DNA of 61,209 bases, the filler included. It is 6 parts of 6 records of this genome, joined end to end, with 100 filler letters (N's around TTAATTAATTAA, not from the genome) between each part and the next. Parts side by side here need not be neighbours in the genome. Positions count along the whole stretch, not along the records: positions 39,219 to 54,982 come from SRR31156797_30183; 5 more parts are not named here. One strand, given 5' to 3'. Below are positions 41,325-49,219 of this stretch, piece after piece. Position 1 is the stretch's first letter. Each line of letters starts with the position of its first letter. Under the pieces are notes generated by a model. That model worked only from the letters and a program-made list of their open reading frames with translations. It made no database searches and had not been told where the DNA came from. The position numbers were made by a program, and so were the translations under genes.

Positions 41325-42170
41325 TTACTTGAAGTTTTCTTGTGGTTTTTCATCAATAAAATCGCAGCATACGATATCTACATCTTTTTGTACTAACTCA
41401 TTATATTCTAATCTATTTTGAGCTGAAAAAACAGAAATAGTGATAGAGTGAGATTTGTAATATTGGATGATCTTACGATTTAAAAAATATTTAGGGATAC
41501 AGATCCCTCCCCCATTTTTTGATAAGATTGATATTAGTTCAGTAGAAAGTTTGTGTGAGAAATAAGCATGCTGAAATCCTATCCCTTTTTTATGAAGTAG
41601 TGACTTATAAGACTTACTACCTATTATAATAAAATGGCTAAATGGTATCCTATTGATTCTAATTAATCGGCTTAAAAAACCAAAATATAAAGGTATAGGG
41701 ATATAAAATAGTATTTTTGGTATTTGAGCATCTAAATGATGAAGCTTAATCAGAGTTTGTGGAATCCATGAACCAAAATAAATGTGCTCTTTTAAAGAGT
41801 GTTTTTGTATCAATTCTAAATGGCTTGCTTCAAATCCATGATCTTTTATATCTATTAAAAGCTTTTGAGTTTTATTTTTTCTTTGGGAAAAAATAGCAAG
41901 AAGAGTATCTAAAGTAATAATTGAAAGATTATATTTCTCTATAAAATTTAAAATATCTTTAGCACTATTATTTGTGATAGATAAAAAGTGTTTTTCTTTT
42001 TTGATCTTATCATCATGATGGACAAAGATTACTCCATCTTTTGAAACTCTTGTATCAATTTCTAAAAAAGGGATATTAGTTTGTGTAGCCAATCTCATTG
42101 ACAATAAGGTATGTTCACATTTATCAAACCCTCTTAAACGATGGCTCAAAAAATTTCTATCATCAATCAT
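41325..42170 (-). CDS. glycerophosphodiester phosphodiesterase (GDPD) family protein
   Basis: SHR..G...EHTL, LEIDTRVSKDGVIFVHHD, LIDIK, terminal VDIVCCD. Confidence 0.8.
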   Translation of the reverse strand: MIDDRNFLSHRLRGFDKCEHTLLSMRLATQTNIPFLEIDTRVSKDGVIFVHHDDKIKKEKHFLSITNNSAKDILNFIEKYNLSIITLDTLLAIFSQRKNKTQKLLIDIKDHGFEASHLELIQKHSLKEHIYFGSWIPQTLIKLHHLDAQIPKILFYIPIPLYFGFLSRLIRINRIPFSHFIIIGSKSYKSLLHKKGIGFQHAYFSHKLSTELISILSKNGGGICIPKYFLNRKIIQYYKSHSITISVFSAQNRLEYNELVQKDVDIVCCDFIDEKPQENFK

Positions 42171-42493
42171 AAGCAATTACTTTATGAATATACTCTGTCA
42201 TCACTCATTCACTATATTTAATTTATCACTTCACATTGTAATCAACTTCAACTTATTATTAGATTTAATTAAGTGACCACTCCTTAAGACTATCAAATAC
42301 TCTTATAAATAATAAAAATAGTTTTATAACTTTTATTAACTACATTAAGATCATACTAAGGGTTTAAATGGTAGATTTTTCATAGAATAAAATATTAAAA
42401 AAAATTATAACTTTAATAGATAAAGTATTACTATTTCTTAAAAGGTATTGATAGTGTTTTTAACAAATTTGATCAATTATATAAAGTTTATCT

Positions 42494-43615
42494 ATGCAGT
42501 ATGATGTATCAGTTGTAACTACTGCATCTTTACCTTGGCGAACAGGCCCCTCATTTTTATCCCTTTGGCATGCTTCAGGATTAAGTAATCAAGGGCTGAG
42601 TGTTGCTTATATTATTCCATGGCTATCCCCAAAAGATCAAAAAAAGCTATATCAGAAAATCTACTTTGAAACTCAGGAAGAACAAATATCTTGGTTAAAA
42701 ACTGAAATAACCCGTTTAAATATGACAAGTGTCCCCCAAATACTTTTTTATCCTGCCTCTTATTTTTCATCTCTTCGAAGTATTCTCCCAAAAAACAATA
42801 TTTTTTCATCTATTCCACAAAGTGATAAGATAGTTTTAGAAGAGCCTGAACATCTCTGCTGGCATCCATTTACATCAAAAAAGAAACTCTCTTCAAAGAG
42901 TAAAATAATAGGTTGCGTATATACAAACTATGAGTACTATATTTCAAATGCCATGCCCAAAGGCCTAAAAGGCTTAAGTGGTTTAATAGAGAGTTGGAAT
43001 CGTTCTTTGATGAAAAAATATACAGATATGATTTTAAGTATTTCTCCTGCTGTAAATCTTGAAACCCTTTCACATCCACATGAGGAAGCTAGAATAACAG
43101 GAGTATTGGAGCCTTATTTTAACGTTCCTTCTGTTTTAGAAGAAGAGAAAAGAGTCTATTTTCTAGGTCGTCTTGTTTGGGATAAAGGTTTTGATATGCT
43201 TATAAAGATCTCTTCTAAACTGCATCTGCCTATAGACGTATATGGCGATGGACCAGATGAACTTTCTATTAAAGAGGCTTCTAAAAAAGAGGGAGCTTTA
43301 TTATCATTTAAAGGTCCCTCTTCAAGTCCATGGGAACTATTGTCAAATTATAAAGTTTTTTTTAATCCATCTCTAAGTGAAGTGTTATGTACTGCAACTG
43401 CTGATGCCTTAGTTGCAGGTCGTTTTGTGGTTCTGCCAAAATGCCATGCTAACAAACCTTTTATAAAATATAATAATACTTTTTTTTATGAAAGTTTTGA
43501 TGAAGCATTAGATATGATTGAAAAAGCCATGGGCTCTCAACCAAAATCACCAGAGAAAATTCGATATGATTTTGCATGGGAAAATGCTTGTAAAACTTTA
43601 AAGAGTTATTTTTAA
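42494..43615 (+). CDS. plant-type (DGD1/DGD2-like) digalactosyldiacylglycerol synthase, GT4
   Basis: VVTTASLPWRTG, IPWL, FYP....RSILP, VLEEPEHLCW, IG.VYTNY, G.LVW.KG, VYGDG.D, YKVFFNPS.SEVLCT.TA.AL..G, W: collinear with DGD motifs recalled from plants. Confidence 0.82.
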   Translation: MQYDVSVVTTASLPWRTGPSFLSLWHASGLSNQGLSVAYIIPWLSPKDQKKLYQKIYFETQEEQISWLKTEITRLNMTSVPQILFYPASYFSSLRSILPKNNIFSSIPQSDKIVLEEPEHLCWHPFTSKKKLSSKSKIIGCVYTNYEYYISNAMPKGLKGLSGLIESWNRSLMKKYTDMILSISPAVNLETLSHPHEEARITGVLEPYFNVPSVLEEEKRVYFLGRLVWDKGFDMLIKISSKLHLPIDVYGDGPDELSIKEASKKEGALLSFKGPSSSPWELLSNYKVFFNPSLSEVLCTATADALVAGRFVVLPKCHANKPFIKYNNTFFYESFDEALDMIEKAMGSQPKSPEKIRYDFAWENACKTLKSYF

Positions 43616-43632
43616 ATTAGGAGATAAAATAG

Positions 43633-44820
43633 ATGAAAAAAAGTACTGAAAAAATAATTGATTTAATGTATGAAGCGGTGCCTGAAGCTAGCTTTGAAGT
43701 TCGTTTTTGGGATGATGAGATAATTTCAAGAGGTAATGGTCCTGCTCAATTTCAACTATGGTTTAAAACAAAAACTGCTCTAGGGAGAGTTTTTTCAGAT
43801 GCTTTTTTAGGCTTTGGGGAAGAGTATATGACCAAAAATATTGAAGTTGATGGAGACATACAATTACTTTTTAAAATGGGAACATTTATTGGGATGGGGG
43901 ATAATCAAGTATCCTTTATGGAAAAACTCCGTTTTTTAGCTCTATTTATAGCAAATCAAAATACTTTAAAAGGTTCTAAAAAAAATATTGCCCATCACTA
44001 TGACTTAGGAAATGACTTCTATAGTCTTATTTTAGGTCCTACTATGGCATATACTTGTGCATATTTTAAAACACCTGAAGATTCAATAGACCAAGCCCAA
44101 CTCAATAAATTTGATCATGTTTGTAAAAAACTTGATCTAAAAGAGGGGGAAACTCTAGTTGATCTTGGTTGTGGATGGGGTGGATTCCTTATTTATGCTG
44201 CACAAAACTATGGTATTACAGGAGTTGGTGTCACTATTTCTCAAATGCAATATGACTATGCAGTCAATCGAATCAAAGAACTAAACCTTGAAGATAAGAT
44301 TCGTATAGAACTAAAAGACTTTAGAGAATTAACGGGGCAGTATGATAAACTCAGCTGTATTGGTATGATAGAACATGTAGGAAAAAAATTTATGCCTACC
44401 TTCGCAAAAAAAGTAAAAGAACTTTTAAAACCAACAGGTATTGGCCTTGTACATTATTTAGGAAATGATACACCATACCCTGAAGATCCTTGGACTGTAA
44501 AATATATATTTCCTGGAGCAGAGATCTCTCCTTTAGCTCTGGTTATTGAAGCATTAGCAGAGGAAGAGTTAAGTATTTTAGATGTGGAAAACTTACGTCG
44601 ACATTATGCAAAAACTGCACAATGCTGGCTTGATAAATTCAATGAGAATCTCGATACTATAAGGGATATGTATGGAGAGACTTTTATTAGACAATGGCAT
44701 ATCTATCTGAATATTGGTTACATCTCTTTTGAATATGGGGGAAATAGGTTATTTCAAATTCTAATTTCAAATGGAGTAAATAACGACTATCCTATAACAA
44801 GAGATCATATCTATGTGTAA
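43633..44820 (+). CDS. cfa: cyclopropane-fatty-acyl-phospholipid synthase family SAM methyltransferase
   Basis: LGFGEEYM, NIAHHYDLGNDFY, TMAYTCAYF, DLGCGWG, GMIEHVG, KYIFPG, ENLRRHYAKT. Confidence 0.9.
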   Translation: MKKSTEKIIDLMYEAVPEASFEVRFWDDEIISRGNGPAQFQLWFKTKTALGRVFSDAFLGFGEEYMTKNIEVDGDIQLLFKMGTFIGMGDNQVSFMEKLRFLALFIANQNTLKGSKKNIAHHYDLGNDFYSLILGPTMAYTCAYFKTPEDSIDQAQLNKFDHVCKKLDLKEGETLVDLGCGWGGFLIYAAQNYGITGVGVTISQMQYDYAVNRIKELNLEDKIRIELKDFRELTGQYDKLSCIGMIEHVGKKFMPTFAKKVKELLKPTGIGLVHYLGNDTPYPEDPWTVKYIFPGAEISPLALVIEALAEEELSILDVENLRRHYAKTAQCWLDKFNENLDTIRDMYGETFIRQWHIYLNIGYISFEYGGNRLFQILISNGVNNDYPITRDHIYV

Positions 44821-44840
44821 GATGAAAGTGAGTCAAAATT

Positions 44841-46001
44841 TTGAAAAGTAAAGTTTCCATTCTTTATACCGTGGCAGGTGGTGGTCACCTAGCAGCAGCA
44901 AAAGCTCTAAAAGTAGTACTTGAAAGCTCTGGTCGTTATGAGGTAAGTTTGGTAAACCCTTATCGAGAGATCATTGATGAGCTAGATTTTTTTAAATCCA
45001 CCTCTTATGAGAATGGAGAAGAGATCTATAATAAATTTATCCAAGAAAAAGGACATACTGGATTTTTATGTCTTCTTTTTTATGGGATTGTTATAGGAAG
45101 CACCTATCTAAGACGAAAAAAAGGGATCAAACTCTTTGAAGAACATTGGGAAAAAACAAAACCAGATCTAATCATTTCAGTTATGCCTATGTTAAATACA
45201 GGGATAGTTTGGACACTTGAACATTTTGATATTCCATTCATGGTACTTATGACTGACCTGAGAGAGCCTTCAAAATATACTTGGTTTCCAAAAAGTAATG
45301 AACCCACTGTTTTGTGTGGGACAAAAGATGCCTATGAAGATGGTCTAAAAAAACCTCATCCTAAAGAGAATACTCATCTTTTATCAGGACTTGTTGTAAA
45401 CCCTTCTTTTTATGATCAAGACCCTCTTGATATTAAAAAAGAGCGAGTTGTGAGTGGATTAAAAGAAAATCTAATAACTGCTTGTATTTTGTATGGAGGA
45501 TCAGGATCAGATAGAATGGTAGAACTTGCAAAAGTTTTACAAGATACACACTCTTTTGATAAAGAGTTTCAGATCATTTTTTTATGTGGTCGATCTCAAG
45601 CTGTAGCCCAAAAGATCAAGGCTTTAAAACTTTCTTTTTCTCATATTATTGTAGGGTATACAGATAAAATCCCTTATTATATACAGCTTGCAGATTTTAT
45701 GATAGGAAAACCTGGTCCTGGGTTTATTAGTGAATCACTGGTGATGAAACGTCCTCTTTTAATTGATCGTAAAAATGTATTACTACAAGAACATTATAAT
45801 ATCCAATGGCTGGATACCCATAATATGGGAAGCTCTTTTAAATCTTTAAGTTCCTTTAAAAAAGAGTTTAATGAGCTTTTAGACTCAGATAAACTACATT
45901 TAATACAACAAGAGGTCAATAAACACTCTAATCAAGCAGTCTTTGAAGTTTTACCAATAGTTGACTCTGTTATGGAAAAACACTATTCGTCGAAAGAATG
46001 A
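44841..46001 (+). CDS. MGDG synthase / UgtP-like GT28 diacylglycerol glycosyltransferase
   Basis: AGGGHLAAAKAL, KPDLIISV.P, MTDL..WF, GLVVNPSFY, YGGSG, CGR, GYTDKI, DFMIGKPGPG.ISE, QE.YN. Confidence 0.85.
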   Translation: MKSKVSILYTVAGGGHLAAAKALKVVLESSGRYEVSLVNPYREIIDELDFFKSTSYENGEEIYNKFIQEKGHTGFLCLLFYGIVIGSTYLRRKKGIKLFEEHWEKTKPDLIISVMPMLNTGIVWTLEHFDIPFMVLMTDLREPSKYTWFPKSNEPTVLCGTKDAYEDGLKKPHPKENTHLLSGLVVNPSFYDQDPLDIKKERVVSGLKENLITACILYGGSGSDRMVELAKVLQDTHSFDKEFQIIFLCGRSQAVAQKIKALKLSFSHIIVGYTDKIPYYIQLADFMIGKPGPGFISESLVMKRPLLIDRKNVLLQEHYNIQWLDTHNMGSSFKSLSSFKKEFNELLDSDKLHLIQQEVNKHSNQAVFEVLPIVDSVMEKHYSSKE

Positions 46002-46017
46002 TTTTGAAAGAAAACGT

Positions 46018-46662
46018 ATGGAATTTATAACTATCCCAACAGAACAAACCACAGCAGCAACTGATTTTATATTAGGACTTATGGCACTATTTTTTGCCTT
46101 CAAATTTAAATCGTCATCCCAATACTCTTTTGGGATTAAGATCTGGCGCCTGATCTTTCTTTTATTTGCTATTGGAGCTTTTTTAGGAAGTATTTTTCAT
46201 GGTCTTGTTTTAGAACAAGAGATAAAAGTCATACTTTGGTTTTCACTTCTTTTTTCTTTTGTTATCGTTGTTTCATTATTTGTTATTGCGATGATTTATG
46301 ATCTTAAAGGGGAACAGAGTGCTAAAAAACTTCTTCTTCCAATTTTTAGTGTAGGTGGTGTAGTATATGGCATAATGCTTCTTTTTTCTGGAAAATTTAT
46401 TATTTTAATAGGGTATGAAGTACTTGCAATGCTAAGTGCATTGATAGGGTATTTTATCGGAGCTTTAAAAACAAAAACACAAGATATGTGGTTTATGACA
46501 TTAGGAGTACTTATTACAATTATTGCATCGGCAGTGCAAGCATTAAGTGATATTGTCATTGAATTTATTTGGATATTTGATAAAAATGGAGTTTTTCATC
46601 TTATTCAAATTGTCGCTATTTTATGTTTTATTTATGCATTTAAATTAAGAAAGTGGGTATAG
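46018..46662 (+). CDS. multi-pass (about 7 TM) membrane protein, DUF6962-like
   Basis: EQTTAATDFILG, LGSIFHG, AVQA, NGVFHLIQ; start at MEFITIP assumed. Confidence 0.6.
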   Translation: MEFITIPTEQTTAATDFILGLMALFFAFKFKSSSQYSFGIKIWRLIFLLFAIGAFLGSIFHGLVLEQEIKVILWFSLLFSFVIVVSLFVIAMIYDLKGEQSAKKLLLPIFSVGGVVYGIMLLFSGKFIILIGYEVLAMLSALIGYFIGALKTKTQDMWFMTLGVLITIIASAVQALSDIVIEFIWIFDKNGVFHLIQIVAILCFIYAFKLRKWV

Positions 46663-46665
46663 TTT

Positions 46666-46674
46666 TGATACAAT
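46666..46674 (+). promoter_or_regulatory. extended -10 promoter for the desaturase gene
   Basis: TGATACAAT followed by AAGGAG RBS and ATG at 46700. Confidence 0.5.
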
Positions 46675-46699
46675 CTCTTATTAAACTTAAGGAGACCAT

Positions 46700-47617
46700 A
46701 TGATAGATAAATCTTATTATGAAGTTGATGTGGCTCGATTTTATCGAGATCTAATTTTATATAGTTTTGTTTTCGTAGTAACGTTTAGTGCGTGTTTTTA
46801 TCTCAGTGGTATATGGTTTGTACTATCTTTAATTATATCAGCATCAGCGATCCATCATGCAGCGTGTTTTGTTCATGAATTGACACATCAATCACGTAAT
46901 AAAAAACTTAAAACCTTCGCTATCATTTGGAACGCAACTATAGGAGCTATTGCTTTAGTACCTTATGTTCGTTTTATTAAACCTCATATTATGCACCATA
47001 CAATTGGGATTTTTGCAACAGAAGAAGATCCCCAATATGTTCTGCTACGAAAATCTAAATGGTTGTACTTTTTAGTCTTGTTTGTTGTTCCTTTTATTGC
47101 ACCTTTTTATAACTTCTTACTCGTAGTAACTGCAAGTATTCCTGGAGTTGATGTGGAAGCAAAAGTTGATGCTTATCTTGCACAATGGAAACTTCAACTA
47201 GCAGGAGAGCTCGAACCTGATCATAAAAGATCAGTAACATTATGGAGTCGATACTATCTAGTTTTATTTATATTCTATATTAGTTTTTTTCCTGAAACTT
47301 TTTGGGTATATTATGCAGTTCAAGTTGTTGCATGGATGTTAACATCTTGGAGAGTTCCTCTTGAACATCGTTTAGAAAAACATATAAAAGAATCAAATGA
47401 ACATGATCAAATGTATGATAGTTTTACAGTAGAATCACCATATGCAGATTTTCTTCAGCCTTTATCTTTACAGTTTCACACAGCTCATCATATGTACCCA
47501 GGCGTGCCTTATCACAATTTACCAAAACTCCATAGAGCTCTAAAAGAGAGTAATGAAGAGTATAGAAATAGTATAGTCTCATTTAAAACTGCTGTCATTG
47601 GGAAAGGAAGAGAATGA
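46700..47617 (+). CDS. membrane fatty acid desaturase family protein
   Basis: Three His boxes: HELTH, HIMHH, FHTAHH(MYPGVPYHNLPKLH). Confidence 0.88.
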   Translation: MIDKSYYEVDVARFYRDLILYSFVFVVTFSACFYLSGIWFVLSLIISASAIHHAACFVHELTHQSRNKKLKTFAIIWNATIGAIALVPYVRFIKPHIMHHTIGIFATEEDPQYVLLRKSKWLYFLVLFVVPFIAPFYNFLLVVTASIPGVDVEAKVDAYLAQWKLQLAGELEPDHKRSVTLWSRYYLVLFIFYISFFPETFWVYYAVQVVAWMLTSWRVPLEHRLEKHIKESNEHDQMYDSFTVESPYADFLQPLSLQFHTAHHMYPGVPYHNLPKLHRALKESNEEYRNSIVSFKTAVIGKGRE

Positions 47618-49152
47618 CTAATGCCCAAAAAGTATTAGAGCTTCAAAATTATATTTTGTTTAAAGGATTTTCAACTGAAGAGTTGGAAATATTTGCAGAT
47701 ACTATTGAGGTAAAGAGTTTTTCAAAAGGGGAATATCTCTTTCATGAAAATGATACTTCTAAAGAGGTCTATTTGATACGATCAGGAAAAGTAGAAGTGG
47801 TCTTTGAAAATCAACATGAGCATTTAAAAGAGTTTTTCTCAAAAGGTGATATTGTTGGTGAACTTGCGATGCTTGATGGAGTTCCAAGAAGTAATAGCGT
47901 AGTGTGTATAGAAGATACCGTTACTTTTACCCTAGAAGTTTCAAAACTCCCTCTTACCTTAACACTTCTAAATCGTTTAAATGTCAATATTGCCTTGGTC
48001 ACTGCATATAAACTAAGACATCAACATATAGAAGATGATATTTTACTTACTGATGAGATACCACAGAATATCAAAGAGTTACGACGATTTTCGATGCTAG
48101 CTCAATTAACAGATCAAGAACTTTTGATTTTACATGATGTATTAGAAACAAAAATATTACAACCACAAGAGTATCTTTTTTATGAAAATGACTCTTCCAA
48201 TGAGATCTACTTTATCCAATCAGGTGCCTTTGATATCATTAAATCAGATGCATCAGGAGATGAGCAAATCATTGCTACAGTACAAGAGGGAAATGTTGTA
48301 GGAGAATTGGCTTTTTCTGATGGAGCTCCAAGATCAGCTTCTGTACGAGCACAAAATGAAAGTGAAGTACTTATCTTAAATATCAATCATCTCCCTAGTA
48401 ATTTAGCACTCTTAAATCGTCTTGCAAATCATATCACTCAAATGAGTTCACAACATGTGCGTCATACCAATGCTGAACATGTGGAGAGTTTAAAGCGTGA
48501 ATTAAAATCTGAACAGTTACGAAATGACTTTGGTAAGTTTTTTATCTATACCTTAGGTGTCTTTTCAATCGGTACTTTGGTCAATTACTTTTTACATACC
48601 TATTTACAATCATTAAATGTCTATGGAGAGCTCTTTAAATGGAGTTATCTTTTTATCCTACTTGTTCCATCTCTTCTTGTTATTTGGAAGATGAATATCC
48701 CTTTAGAGGAGCTTGGACTTACTCTTAAAGGATGGAAAAAATCTTTAAAAGAAGGAGTTATAGTCTCTTTGGTCTTTAGTGCTGTACTTATTGGTTCCTT
48801 TACTCTGATTATTCAACCTTTATATGATATTCCCACAAAGGTTGTTGAGTATCAGTTTTGGGGATCGATTGGATATATTATCCACTCAGCCTTACAAGAG
48901 ATGCTTGCAAGAGGGGTATTACAATCTTCGTTTAGAAGATTCTTCAATGATAAAAAAGGGATCAATTCTGTTTTACTCACCGCAGCACTTTTTGGTATAT
49001 TTCATATCCATTTTGGACTCTTTGCAGTTTTAGCTACAATGGTCACTGGTATCTTTTTTGGATTATTATATTTAAGACATCAAAACTTAATAGGGGTAAC
49101 AATTTTCCATACAGTATCTGGAATAGCGGCATTTTCTCTTGGAGTTTTATAA
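47614..49152 (+). CDS. tandem cNMP-binding domains fused to a CAAX/CPBP (Abi-family) intramembrane protease domain
   Basis: GELAMLDGVPRSNSV and GELAFSDGAPRSASV; C-terminal TMs with QEMLARG, FGIFH, FH. Confidence 0.82.
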   Translation: MTNAQKVLELQNYILFKGFSTEELEIFADTIEVKSFSKGEYLFHENDTSKEVYLIRSGKVEVVFENQHEHLKEFFSKGDIVGELAMLDGVPRSNSVVCIEDTVTFTLEVSKLPLTLTLLNRLNVNIALVTAYKLRHQHIEDDILLTDEIPQNIKELRRFSMLAQLTDQELLILHDVLETKILQPQEYLFYENDSSNEIYFIQSGAFDIIKSDASGDEQIIATVQEGNVVGELAFSDGAPRSASVRAQNESEVLILNINHLPSNLALLNRLANHITQMSSQHVRHTNAEHVESLKRELKSEQLRNDFGKFFIYTLGVFSIGTLVNYFLHTYLQSLNVYGELFKWSYLFILLVPSLLVIWKMNIPLEELGLTLKGWKKSLKEGVIVSLVFSAVLIGSFTLIIQPLYDIPTKVVEYQFWGSIGYIIHSALQEMLARGVLQSSFRRFFNDKKGINSVLLTAALFGIFHIHFGLFAVLATMVTGIFFGLLYLRHQNLIGVTIFHTVSGIAAFSLGVL

Positions 49153-49172
49153 CTCTTTTGAGAGATAAATCT

Positions 49173-49181
49173 TGCTATAAT
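49173..49181 (+). promoter_or_regulatory. extended -10 promoter upstream of the RND gene
   Basis: TGCTATAAT, then GAGGA RBS. Confidence 0.55.
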
Positions 49182-49219
49182 TATATACAATTGAATAGAA
49201 ATAATGAGAGGAATGATTA

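Noticed and set aside
42195-42212. Pho-box-like CTGTCAT-CACT-CATTCAC in the divergent spacer
   Set aside because: The second half-site is poor, the orientation is opposite to the adjacent GDPD gene, and the E. coli consensus may not apply to this host. Chance is likely.
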